NCBI GenBank assembly: GCA_965232515.1
Contig: CBDDPY010000002.1
Coordinates: forward strand, 2,720,001 to 2,784,000
Source of the DNA: Alphaproteobacteria bacterium
GTDB lineage: Bacteria > Pseudomonadota > Alphaproteobacteria > GCA-2731375
DNA length: 64,000 bases
Reading direction: 5' to 3'
A program made the translations under genes and the position numbers. Shown here piece after piece: positions 22,014-30,866 of this stretch. The notes beneath the pieces were generated by a model. That model was not told where the DNA came from, ran no database searches, and saw only the letters and a program-made list of their open reading frames with translations. Positions within the stretch are counted from its first letter, which is position 1, and every line of letters starts with the position of its first letter.

Positions 22014-23453
22014 ATGAAGACGCATTACAAACTGCTGTATGCAGACGCCAAGAGCAAGGGACCCGATCTCGAGGTCCGCGCGCCCTACGACGACGCGCTG
22101 ATCGCCACCGTGGAGACGGCGGACGAGGCCGCGGCCGAACAGGCCATGGCGACGGCCTATGGCCTGTTCCGCAACCGCGATGCCTGGCTGTCGCCGGCCG
22201 AGCGCCTGGACGTGCTGGAGAACGCCGCTGATATTATCGAATCGCGGGCCGAGGAGCTGGCCGTCGAGGCGGCGCGCGAGGGGGGCAAGCCGCTGATTGA
22301 CTCGCGCGTCGAGGTGGCCCGTGCCATCGACGGCGTGAACCTCTGCATCGAGGCGCTGCGCACCCAGGCCGGCACCGAGATCCCCATGCGGATGAACCCG
22401 GGCTCGATGAACCGCCTGGCCTTCACCCGGCACGAGCCCATCGGCGTGGTCGTGGCGGTCAGCGCCTTCAACCATCCGCTGAATCTGATCGTGCACCAGG
22501 TGGCGCCGGCGATCGCCGTCGGCTGTCCGGTGATCGTCAAGCCCGCCAACCTGACGCCGCTCGCCTGCATGAGCTTCGTCAAGATCATGCACGAGGCCGG
22601 CCTGCCGCCGGAGTGGTGCCAGGCCGCGCCGACGGCGACGCGTCAGGTCGGCGAGATGATGGTGACGGACAAGCGCACGGCGTTCTTCAGCTTCATCGGC
22701 AGCGCCGGCGTCGGCTGGTCGCTGCGCTCGAAGCTGGCGCCGGGCACGCGCTGCGCGCTTGAGCATGGCGGCGCGGCGCCGGTGATCGTCGCCGCCGACG
22801 CCGACCTCGACGACGTGCTGCCGCTGCTGGCGAAGGGCGGCTTCTATCACGCAGGGCAAGTCTGCGTGTCCGTCCAGCGCGTGTTCGCGCACGAGTCCAT
22901 CGCCCGCGAGGTGGCGACGCGGCTCGCCGATCTCGCGGGCAAGATGACCATCGGCGATCCGACCAAGCCGGAGACCGAGGTCGGGCCGCTGATCCGCCAC
23001 GGCGAAGTCGACCGGGTCGAGCAATGGGTGACGGAAGCGACCGACGGCGGGGGTGAGCTGATCTCGGGCGGTACGCGGATCTCCGATTCCTGCTACGAAT
23101 GCACCGTGCTGTTGAACCCGCCGGACGACGCCAAGGTCAGCACGGCCGAGATCTTCGGCCCCGTGGTCTGCGTCTATTCCTACAGCGACATGGACGACGC
23201 CATCGACCGGGCGAACAGCCTGCCGGTGGCGTTCCAGGCCGCGGTCTGCACGCGCGATCTGGACACGGCGCTCAGAGCCTATCAGCGGCTCGACGCCAGC
23301 GCCGTCATGGTGAACGACCACACGGCGTTCCGGGTCGACTGGATGCCGTTCGCGGGCCTGCGCGAATCCGGCCACGGCATCGGCGGCATCCACCACACGA
23401 TGCTGGACATGCAGATCGAAAAGATGATGGTCGTGCGCTCGAAGGAGTTGTAG
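22014..23453 (+). CDS. Aldehyde dehydrogenase family protein
   Basis: AFNHPLNL, VKPA..TPL, FIGS, LEHGG, HAGQVCVS (catalytic Cys), EIFGPV, PFAGLRESG. Confidence 0.92.
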   Translation: MKTHYKLLYADAKSKGPDLEVRAPYDDALIATVETADEAAAEQAMATAYGLFRNRDAWLSPAERLDVLENAADIIESRAEELAVEAAREGGKPLIDSRVEVARAIDGVNLCIEALRTQAGTEIPMRMNPGSMNRLAFTRHEPIGVVVAVSAFNHPLNLIVHQVAPAIAVGCPVIVKPANLTPLACMSFVKIMHEAGLPPEWCQAAPTATRQVGEMMVTDKRTAFFSFIGSAGVGWSLRSKLAPGTRCALEHGGAAPVIVAADADLDDVLPLLAKGGFYHAGQVCVSVQRVFAHESIAREVATRLADLAGKMTIGDPTKPETEVGPLIRHGEVDRVEQWVTEATDGGGELISGGTRISDSCYECTVLLNPPDDAKVSTAEIFGPVVCVYSYSDMDDAIDRANSLPVAFQAAVCTRDLDTALRAYQRLDASAVMVNDHTAFRVDWMPFAGLRESGHGIGGIHHTMLDMQIEKMMVVRSKEL

Positions 23454-23495
23454 ATAGGGCGCCGTAAACGGCGCAAATACTTCGGGATACCGGCC

Positions 23496-23933
23496 ATGGC
23501 AGAACTCGACCGGCAGACACTGCTCGACCTGTTGAACCGCTTCGACGATGCGGACGACGCGACCGTCACGGCGGCCGCGCGCGAGGCGCAACAGGCGCTG
23601 ACCGAGGCCGGCCTGAGCTGGGACGACGTGCTGGTCCCGGCGGAAGTCGAAACCGAGGACGAGGACGAATACGAAGAATACGATTCCGACGACGAGGTCG
23701 TTGACGCGGACGACGATGACGCCGACGGCGACACCGACAACGTGATCCCGATCTCGGCGGGCGAGGCGCGCGAGGATCTGGCGCTCATCGACCGCATCCT
23801 GCGCGACCACGATGTCTCCGAAGACACCCGCGAAGAGCTGGAAGGCTACCGGGAAGACATCGACGCCGGCGAATTCACCGCATCCGACCGGAACTATCTG
23901 GTGGCCCTGCAGAAGCGCCTGTCGAAAAAATAG
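23496..23933 (+). CDS. Highly acidic hypothetical protein
   Basis: Host-like codon use; helical N- and C-terminal segments joined by D/E-rich linker. Confidence 0.7.
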   Translation: MAELDRQTLLDLLNRFDDADDATVTAAAREAQQALTEAGLSWDDVLVPAEVETEDEDEYEEYDSDDEVVDADDDDADGDTDNVIPISAGEAREDLALIDRILRDHDVSEDTREELEGYREDIDAGEFTASDRNYLVALQKRLSKK

Positions 23934-23954
23934 CCGCCGGCAAGGCAAGCGACG

Positions 23955-24326
23955 TCAGTCGCAGTCCGGCACGCTTTCCAGATAGGCGATCAAATCGCGC
24001 CGTTCGGCCCAGTCCTTCACGCCTGCATAGCCCATCCGATTCCCCGGCACGATCGCACGCGGGTTTTCGAGAAATCCATCGAGCGTTTCACGGGTCCAGA
24101 CGATGCCGGATCGCGCCATGGCGCGCGAATACTTGAACCCCGGCACGTTGCCCGCAGCGCGGCCGATAAGACCGCAATGCCGCGGACCGGTGCGGTTGCG
24201 CTCGATCGAATGACAGGCGCCGCAGCGCTCATAGATGCGCGCGCCGTTTGCCGGATCGCCGCCGGCCGCGGCGGCCGGCGCGAGACCGGCCACCGCGAGC
24301 GCCAACGCGAACAGATAGCGAGACAT
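23955..24326 (-). CDS. Class I cytochrome c (c2-like)
   Basis: Signal peptide, GDPANGARIY, CGACH heme motif, IVWTRETLDGFLENP, PGNRM axial Met. Confidence 0.92.
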   Translation of the reverse strand: MSRYLFALALAVAGLAPAAAAGGDPANGARIYERCGACHSIERNRTGPRHCGLIGRAAGNVPGFKYSRAMARSGIVWTRETLDGFLENPRAIVPGNRMGYAGVKDWAERRDLIAYLESVPDCD

Positions 24327-24364
24327 GCCGCGTCGCTCAGCGGTCCGACAGGCGATGCCGACCG

Positions 24365-24958
24365 TCAGGACACAAAGGCGACGGGCACCGGATCTTCGCC
24401 CAGCGCCTGCCGCAGAACCGCCCAGTGCATGGCCTCGTCGCCCAGGATGCTGGCCGCCGCCTTCGACAGGTCGCGGTTGTGGAACAGCGGCACGGCGCCG
24501 AGATAGGCGCTGACGGCGCCCTTCTCCAACCCCGCGGCGAAGCGCAACACGTCGGCCTGGCTTTTCAGCCTGTCGACGGGAAAGTCGTAACTGGCGGCCG
24601 GATCAACCGGGTTGCCGCCGAGCTTGGCCACCGTCGACGCCAGCAGATCGGCATGCTCCTTGTGATGGCCCTGAAACTTCACCGCGACCTGCAGCACGGC
24701 CGGCTGCAAGAGACCGCTTTCGGCGCCGACCTGATAGGCGGCGATGGCTTCCTGCTCGGCGCCAAGCGCCGTATTCAGGATGGCGACGTCGTCGGCGACC
24801 ATCCGGGCGTCGCTGCCCTCGCCGGCGGCTATGCTCTCGCAGCCGGCCAGCAGCGCGACGGCGCCTGCCGACAGCATGGCCTCGCCAGTGCGCGCGAACA
24901 GAGAGCGCCGGGAGACCTCGACGATCGGCGTATCGGCGCTAATTTCGGCGTGTTGCAT
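24365..24958 (-). CDS. Ferritin-like domain protein with Tat/lipoprotein signal
   Basis: SRRSLF twin-Arg, LLAGC lipobox, DVAILNTALGAE, HHKEH, LEKGAVSAY, DEAMH; RBS CAGGAGG. Confidence 0.85.
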   Translation of the reverse strand: MQHAEISADTPIVEVSRRSLFARTGEAMLSAGAVALLAGCESIAAGEGSDARMVADDVAILNTALGAEQEAIAAYQVGAESGLLQPAVLQVAVKFQGHHKEHADLLASTVAKLGGNPVDPAASYDFPVDRLKSQADVLRFAAGLEKGAVSAYLGAVPLFHNRDLSKAAASILGDEAMHWAVLRQALGEDPVPVAFVS

Positions 24959-25085
24959 TGCTACCTCCTGTTTCGGTTTGCTTGGTTCGCCCGAGCCGCC
25001 GGGTTGCATGCAGGCGCGCTCGTGCCTCTCCGGCCGTGCGGCCGAATGACGATGTGCAATCAGGGAAGAAAAACGGCCGGAACGG

Positions 25086-25784
25086 TCAGCCTGGCGGCGC
25101 CAGCCCGAGCCGCTTCAGCACGGTATCGACGATGCGGTCGCAGTGGCGTCCGCCGAACGGAAAGGCATCCGTGATCGCCAGCTGGACCTCGCGGTGCAGC
25201 GTATTGCGCAGCGCGCGCTTGGCCCGGTGATAGCGGGTCTTCACCGTGTCCTTCGGTATGCCGAGGCAGTCGGCGGTCTCGTCGACACTGAACTCCTCGA
25301 CAGCGCGCAGCACGAAAACGGTTCGAAATGCCTGCGGCAGCGTATCAATCGCGGCCTCGATCAGGCTGCGAAGCTCGCTGCGTGCGACCGCCGCCTCGGG
25401 CGTCTCGGGACGGACGCCGAACGAGGCCGCGCCGCCGTCGCCGCCAGCCTCGTCCAGGCCGAGAAGCTGATGCAGGTCGACCGTCGGCCGCCGCTTGCGC
25501 AACCGGCCGAGCGCCTCGTTCACGGCGATCCGCACCAACCAGGTGGACAGGCTGGCGCGGCCGTCGAACCGGTCCAGCGCGGCAAAGGCCCTGACATAGG
25601 CTTCCTGTACAATGTCTTCCGCCTCTGCATCGTCCTTAACGATGCTGCGCGCCGCCCGGTAGAGACGCGCATTGTGTCGGCGCATGATCGCCTCGAATGC
25701 GACCGCGTCGCCGCGTACGGCCTTCGCCGCCAGATCGAGGTCCGATCCCGACGATCGATTTGCCCGAGTTGCCGCTTGCTGCAT
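25086..25784 (-). CDS. ECF RNA polymerase sigma factor with C-terminal Cys extension (ECF29-like)
   Basis: sigma2 AEDIVQEAYVRAF..STWLVRIAVN, sigma4 LPQAFRTVFVLR..TVKTRYHRA, tail AFPFGGRHCDRIV. Confidence 0.9.
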   Translation of the reverse strand: MQQAATRANRSSGSDLDLAAKAVRGDAVAFEAIMRRHNARLYRAARSIVKDDAEAEDIVQEAYVRAFAALDRFDGRASLSTWLVRIAVNEALGRLRKRRPTVDLHQLLGLDEAGGDGGAASFGVRPETPEAAVARSELRSLIEAAIDTLPQAFRTVFVLRAVEEFSVDETADCLGIPKDTVKTRYHRAKRALRNTLHREVQLAITDAFPFGGRHCDRIVDTVLKRLGLAPPG

Positions 25785-25822
25785 CCGACCAGCCACCCCC
25801 TCGTCAGTGTCATCCACAGACA

Positions 25823-25850
25823 TTAGACGCGGCAGCGGGAAATAAGTTCC
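25823..25850 (-). promoter_or_regulatory. ECF-type promoter, probably autoregulatory
   Basis: Minus strand GGAAC-N16-CGTCTAA about 40 bp upstream of the proposed ECF start. Confidence 0.7.
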
Positions 25851-25871
25851 CACCGGATCGCCAGGCAGACG

Positions 25872-26426
25872 CTAAATCCGCTCGCCCTTGACCCTTTTGG
25901 TCAACTCGTCGATGGCCTGTTCGGCGTTGGGCAGGTGGGGATTGACGGCGAGCGCGCGTTCGTAGGCGTCGAGCGCCTTGTCCCATTCCTCGCGCTGGCT
26001 GTAGATCAGGCCGAGGCCGCTGAGCGCGCCGAAGTGGCGGGGTTCGAGCGCCAGCGTCTTCTCGACATCGGCGATCGATTCATCGAACCGCCCCATCATG
26101 TAGTAGAGCGTCGCGCGCTTGTTCCAGCCTTCGGCATAGTCCGGCTTGATCTCGACAATGCCGGACAGCAGGCCGACGCCCTCGGCAAAGCGGCCCTCGG
26201 ACATCGCCTTGACGCTGCGCTGCATCAGGAGATCGACCGTGTCGCTGCCCGACTGCATCCAGATGCCCCAGATCAGGTGCTCGATGGTGCGGGCCTCGCG
26301 GAGATCGCCGGTAACGAGCAGGCGCTGGAACAACTCGTCCAGCCGCGCATCCGTCTGGTCGGCCGATGCCGACGCGCCGCTTAGCAGCGGCACGACGAGC
26401 AGAATGGCGGCAAGCAGTCGGCGCAT
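25872..26426 (-). CDS. Exported tetratricopeptide repeat protein
   Basis: Signal peptide; PDYAEGWNKRATLYY, LEPRHFGALSGLGLI, ALAVNP TPR repeats. Confidence 0.88.
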   Translation of the reverse strand: MRRLLAAILLVVPLLSGASASADQTDARLDELFQRLLVTGDLREARTIEHLIWGIWMQSGSDTVDLLMQRSVKAMSEGRFAEGVGLLSGIVEIKPDYAEGWNKRATLYYMMGRFDESIADVEKTLALEPRHFGALSGLGLIYSQREEWDKALDAYERALAVNPHLPNAEQAIDELTKRVKGERI

Positions 26427-26473
26427 GTCCTAAAAGATAGGTGGCAAACCCGGCGACGAAAAGAGCCGGCCGT

Positions 26474-27766
26474 TCACGGCGTCGCGAGTCGGACCGGCTT
26501 GGGACCGCCTGTCGCCCAATCGAGCAGCTCGACGGTGTGCACCACAGGCAGCAGCGTGCCGGACTGAATTTGCACCATGCAGCCGATATTGCCGGCCGCG
26601 ACCACGTCGGGCGTCAGCCGCTCGATATTCGCGACCTTGCGGTCGCGAAGGCGGGTGGCGATCTCGGGCTGGGTCAGGTTGTAGGTGCCGGCGGAGCCGC
26701 AGCAGAGATGCCCTTCCGGCACGTCCAGGACCTGGAACCCGGCAGTCGCAAGCAGGGTTTTCGGCGTGGTTTTGATCTGCTGGCCGTGCTGCAGCGAGCA
26801 AGCCGAGTGATAGGCGACCTTCAGGTCGGCCGCGCCCGCCGCCCTGCGCAGGCCGAGATCCTGCATGAGCTCGGAGATATCGCGCGTGAGCTCCGATATC
26901 CGCCGCGCCTTGTCGGCATAGGCCGGGTCTTCGCGCAGCATGAAGCCGTAGTCCTTGACCGTGGTGCCGCAGCCCGACGCGTTCACCACGATAGCGTCGA
27001 GGCCGTCGCCGTCGAGCTCGGCTGTCCAGGCGTCGACGTTGGCGCGCACGCTGGCGAAGGCGGCCGCCTCCTGGCCCATGTGATGAGTCAAGGCTCCGCA
27101 GCAGCCGGCGCCACTCGCCACCACGACCTCGCAGCCGTGCCGGGTCAGCAGCCGGACGGTCGCCTCGTTGATGGCGGGGTCCAGGACCTGTTGCGCGCAG
27201 CCCGTCAGCAGCGCCACCCGCTTGCGGCGCGGGCCTTCGGCCGGGAAGACCTGCGGCCGGTCGACGGACGACGGCGACGTCAGGCGCGCCGGCGCCATGC
27301 CGACCATGCCTTTCAGCCGGCCCGGCAGCGCCCAGGCGAACGGCCGCGCCAGTTTGGCGCCGACCAACGCCAGCCGGAACAGGCCCGGCCGCGGCAACAC
27401 CAGCGCCAGCAGGCGCCGCAACAGCCGGTCCGGCAACGGCCGCACATACGTCTCCTCGATATGCTTGCGGGCGTGGTCGACCAGATGCATGTAGTGCACG
27501 CCCGACGGACAGGTCGACATGCAGGACAGGCACGAGAGGCAGCGGTCGATATGCTTGACGACCTTCTCGGTCGCCGGCGCGTCAGCCTCCAGCATGTTCT
27601 TGATGAGGTAAATGCGGCCGCGGGGGCTGTCGAGCTCATCGCCCAGCAGCACGTAGGTCGGGCAGGTCGCCGTGCAGAAGCCGCAATGCACGCAGGCCCG
27701 AAGGATCTTTTCGGATTCCTGGATGTCCGGATCGGCGAGCTGGATCAGCGAGAAGCTCGTCTGCAT
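26474..27766 (-). CDS. glcF: Glycolate oxidase iron-sulfur subunit
   Basis: CVHCGFCTATCPT, CLSCLSCMSTCP, CCG domains, CCGSAGTYN. Confidence 0.95.
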   Translation of the reverse strand: MQTSFSLIQLADPDIQESEKILRACVHCGFCTATCPTYVLLGDELDSPRGRIYLIKNMLEADAPATEKVVKHIDRCLSCLSCMSTCPSGVHYMHLVDHARKHIEETYVRPLPDRLLRRLLALVLPRPGLFRLALVGAKLARPFAWALPGRLKGMVGMAPARLTSPSSVDRPQVFPAEGPRRKRVALLTGCAQQVLDPAINEATVRLLTRHGCEVVVASGAGCCGALTHHMGQEAAAFASVRANVDAWTAELDGDGLDAIVVNASGCGTTVKDYGFMLREDPAYADKARRISELTRDISELMQDLGLRRAAGAADLKVAYHSACSLQHGQQIKTTPKTLLATAGFQVLDVPEGHLCCGSAGTYNLTQPEIATRLRDRKVANIERLTPDVVAAGNIGCMVQIQSGTLLPVVHTVELLDWATGGPKPVRLATP

Positions 27767-27770
27767 GGGC

Positions 27771-28991
27771 TCAAGGCTCCGCGAACATGCGACCGCGGTT
27801 CAGAATGTCGTGCGGATCGAAGCTTTCCTTCACGCGCCGCGAGAGCGCGGCCAGCGCCGCCGGCTGCGGCTGAAACACCGGCACCTTCCAGCGCACATAG
27901 GCCGGCGCCCGCATCAGCGTCGCATGCCCCTCGCCGCCGACGGCGTCGCGCACGATCGTATGGTGCGCGTCCTCGGCCGACGCCAGCGACAGCCAGACCA
28001 GGCCGCCGGCCCAGTCGAACAGCGCCCGGCCGTCGGTCTGGCCCAGGATGCGGCCGACGATGCCCGGCGCCGCCGTCGGCGTCAGGGACAGCTTCCAGAC
28101 ATTGCCGTCCTGGTCGCCCAACAGCGGCTGCACGTCGCGGATTTCCGTCCATAGGGTGCGGGAGTTCTGGCTGTGCAATTCCTCGACCGCTCCGAAGCCG
28201 CCCAGCTCCTCGCGCAAGGCCCGGCAACGATGGTCGACCGACGGTCCCGGCCCCTCGACGCGGACGGCGGTGACCGCGGCGCCGGCGCCGGCCACATAGC
28301 TGACCGACGAGTCAGTCGCAACGGCGGCCGGCAGATGCGCCAGGCCGCTGACCTCATGCGGGCTGCCGCCGGCCTGCGACAGCGCAGCGACGGCGGTCTC
28401 GTCGTCGAGTCCGAAGACCAGGACCGTGCGGGTCTTCTCCGGCGCCGGCAGCACCTTGACGGTGACGTCGGTCATGGCGGCGAGCGTGCCGTAGCTGCCG
28501 GCCAGCAGCTTGCAGAGATCGTAGCCGGTGACGTTCTTGACCACCCGGCCGCCCGATTTGACGGCGTCGCCCCGGCCGCTGACGGCCTTAATGCCGAGGA
28601 AATGATCGCGGGCCGCGCCCGATCTGATGCGCCGTGGCCCGGACAGGTTCGCGGCGATCATGCCGCCCAGCGTCTGCGCGCCGGCGGCACCGCCGAGCAG
28701 CGGGCCGTAGTCGGCCGGCTCGAAAGCGAGCTGTTGCCGGTTCTGCGACAGCAGGCCCTCGATCTCGACCAGCGGGGTGCCGGCGCCGGCCGTCAGCACC
28801 AGCTCGTCCGGTTCGTAGAGACTGACGCCCGAGAGGCCCGAGAGGTCCAGCACGTGCTCGCCGGCCGTCGGCCGGCCCAGCGCGCGCTTGCTGCCCCCGC
28901 CGACGATTTCGAGCGGCGTCTCCTCGGCAATAGCCCAGCGCACGCAGTCCAATGCTTGCGCGGCATCGGCGGGCGTCAGACGTTCCGCCAT
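27771..28991 (-). CDS. glcE: Glycolate oxidase FAD-binding subunit
   Basis: YEPDELVLTA, LSGPRRI..GAARDH, GGRVVKNVTGYDL.KL, FDWAGGLVW, FDP..ILN. Confidence 0.93.
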   Translation of the reverse strand: MAERLTPADAAQALDCVRWAIAEETPLEIVGGGSKRALGRPTAGEHVLDLSGLSGVSLYEPDELVLTAGAGTPLVEIEGLLSQNRQQLAFEPADYGPLLGGAAGAQTLGGMIAANLSGPRRIRSGAARDHFLGIKAVSGRGDAVKSGGRVVKNVTGYDLCKLLAGSYGTLAAMTDVTVKVLPAPEKTRTVLVFGLDDETAVAALSQAGGSPHEVSGLAHLPAAVATDSSVSYVAGAGAAVTAVRVEGPGPSVDHRCRALREELGGFGAVEELHSQNSRTLWTEIRDVQPLLGDQDGNVWKLSLTPTAAPGIVGRILGQTDGRALFDWAGGLVWLSLASAEDAHHTIVRDAVGGEGHATLMRAPAYVRWKVPVFQPQPAALAALSRRVKESFDPHDILNRGRMFAEP

Positions 28992-28992
28992 C

Positions 28993-30480
28993 CTAGAATC
29001 GCGGCAGATCGGGGAACGGGATCTGGCCGCGGCTGATATGCATGCGGCCGAGCTCGGCGCAGCGGTGCAACTGCGGAAAGACCTTGCCCGGATTCAGACG
29101 CTGGTCCGGATCGAAGGCGCATTTCACCCGTTGCTGCTGCTTCAGATCGTCCTCGTTGAACATGGTTTCCATCAGGTCGCGCTTCTCGACGCCGACGCCA
29201 TGCTCGCCGGTGAGCACGCCGCCGACCTCGACGCAGAGCTTGAGAATGTCGGCGCCGAATTCCTCGGCCTTCTCCAGCTCGCCGGGCTCATTCGCATCGT
29301 AGAGGATCAGCGGATGCAGATTGCCGTCGCCGGCATGGAACACATTGGCGACGCGGAGCCCGTATTTCTTCGACATCTCGGTCATGCGGGCCAGCACGAC
29401 GGGCAGCTGCTTGCGCGGGATGGTGCCGTCCATGCAGTAGTAGTCCGGGCTGATGCGGCCGACGGCGGGAAAGGCCGCCTTGCGGCCGGCCCAGAACTGC
29501 AGGCGCTCCTCCTCGCTCTCGCTGACCCGCAGGCTGACGGCGCCGCAGGCCTCAGCGAGGCCGCGGACGGTCTCGATCAGGTGGTCGACCTCGACCTGCG
29601 GTCCGTCGAGCTCGACGATCAGGATCGCCTCGACGTCAAGCGGGTAGCCCGGATGACAGAAGGCCTCGGCGGCGTGGATGGCATCGCGGTCCATCATCTC
29701 GATGCCGCCCGGAATGATGCCGCCGCCGATGATCCGGCCGACGCAGTCGCCGGCCGCCTCGTTGCTGGGAAAGCCGATCAAGAGGGCGCGCGCGGTCTCG
29801 GGCTTTTTCAGAATGCGCACCGTGACCTCGGTGATGACGCCGAGCAAGCCCTCGGAGCCGGTCATCAGGCCGAGCAGGTCGTAGCCTTCGGAGTCCAGGT
29901 GCTTACCGCCGAGGCGCAGCACCTCGCCGGTCATCAGCACGACTTCCAGGCCGAGGATGTTGTTCGTGGTCAGTCCGTATTTCAGGCAATGCACGCCGCC
30001 GGAATTCTCCGCCACATTGCCGCCGATGGTGCAGGCGATCTGGCTCGACGGATCGGGCGCGTAATAGAAGCCGGCATGCTCGACGGCGTTGGTGATGCCG
30101 AGATTGGTGACGCCCGGCTGCGCCCGCACGCAGCGGTTCTCGAAATCGATCTCCAGGATCCGGTTGAACTTGCCGAGGCCGAGAATGATGCCGTCGGCGA
30201 GCGGCAGGGCGCCGCCCGACAGCGAGGTGCCGGCGCCGCGCGGCACCACCTTGACACCGCGTTCGCCGCAGAGCTTGAGAACATCGGCGACTTGCGGGAC
30301 GGTCTCGGGCAGGACCACCGCCAGCGGCGCCTGTCGGTAGGCCGTCAGACCGTCACTTTCGTAGGCGCGGAGCTCCTGATCGTCGGCGATCACCCCCTCG
30401 CCCGGCACGATCTGGCGCAGCGCCGCGATCAGCTCGGCGGCTTGCGCGATGGTCCCGGCATCGGGTTCCGGCATGCGCAT
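28993..30480 (-). CDS. glcD: Glycolate oxidase subunit
   Basis: RGAGTSLSGGA, APDPSSQIACTIGGN, HCLKYG, HAGDGNLHP, GEHGVGVEK, LNPGK. Confidence 0.95.
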   Translation of the reverse strand: MRMPEPDAGTIAQAAELIAALRQIVPGEGVIADDQELRAYESDGLTAYRQAPLAVVLPETVPQVADVLKLCGERGVKVVPRGAGTSLSGGALPLADGIILGLGKFNRILEIDFENRCVRAQPGVTNLGITNAVEHAGFYYAPDPSSQIACTIGGNVAENSGGVHCLKYGLTTNNILGLEVVLMTGEVLRLGGKHLDSEGYDLLGLMTGSEGLLGVITEVTVRILKKPETARALLIGFPSNEAAGDCVGRIIGGGIIPGGIEMMDRDAIHAAEAFCHPGYPLDVEAILIVELDGPQVEVDHLIETVRGLAEACGAVSLRVSESEEERLQFWAGRKAAFPAVGRISPDYYCMDGTIPRKQLPVVLARMTEMSKKYGLRVANVFHAGDGNLHPLILYDANEPGELEKAEEFGADILKLCVEVGGVLTGEHGVGVEKRDLMETMFNEDDLKQQQRVKCAFDPDQRLNPGKVFPQLHRCAELGRMHISRGQIPFPDLPRF

Positions 30481-30561
30481 CGGCCCGGTCCCCTCCCTTG
30501 ATTATCGGCCCGTCGACCGTTTCAGGGAGGAATGTAGGCGATGGCGGCAAATTTGCCAATT

Positions 30562-30587
30562 AATGGAAACGATTTCGCAATACGGAA
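30562..30587. promoter_or_regulatory. Candidate IclR-family operator upstream of glcD
   Basis: TGGAAACGATTTCGC (30564-30578) resembles the IclR box TGGAAATNATTTCCA; similar to 8181-8198. Confidence 0.5.
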
Positions 30588-30589
30588 AA

Positions 30590-30617
30590 TAAAAATCCGC
30601 CCGGAGCGGGCGGATCT
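30590..30617 (-). terminator. Rho-independent terminator after rpmJ
   Basis: Minus strand ATCCGCCCG-CTC-CGGGCGGAT followed by TTTTATTTT. Confidence 0.7.
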
Positions 30618-30652
30618 CGGTCGTTCCGTCGGGCGCCGCAGCGCCCGGACAG

Positions 30653-30778
30653 TCAGCCTTGACGGGCCTTGAACCGGCGGTTGGTCTTGTTGATGACGTA
30701 CACGCGGCCCTTGCGACGCACAACCCGGCAGTCGCGGTGGCGCTTTTTGACCGATTTCAGCGAATTGACGACCTTCAT
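30653..30778 (-). CDS. rpmJ: 50S ribosomal protein L36, type B (Zn-free)
   Basis: Manual translation [41 protein letters not shown] (41 aa; missed by ORF track). Confidence 0.97.
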   Translation of the reverse strand: MKVVNSLKSVKKRHRDCRVVRRKGRVYVINKTNRRFKARQG

Positions 30779-30818
30779 GGCCCGAACTCCGTCTGCACCT
30801 CACCCATGAGGCGGCGGC

Positions 30819-30847
30819 AAACTACTGATCCGGCCGGCGTCTGTCAA
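30819..30847 (-). promoter_or_regulatory. sigma70 promoter of rpmJ
   Basis: TTGACA-N17-TAGTTT on minus strand. Confidence 0.7.
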
Positions 30848-30866
30848 CAAAGGGCGCGCCAAATCG

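Noticed and set aside
21084-23948. 954-aa minus-strand ORF suggesting a giant SDR fusion
   Set aside because: Only 21084-21857 is SDR; the rest is the stop-poor antisense shadow of the aldehyde dehydrogenase and acidic protein.
30653-30778. Zn-free L36 as a Zur-regulated paralogue
   Set aside because: Type-B L36 is the usual form in Alphaproteobacteria; plain sigma70 promoter and no Zur box seen.
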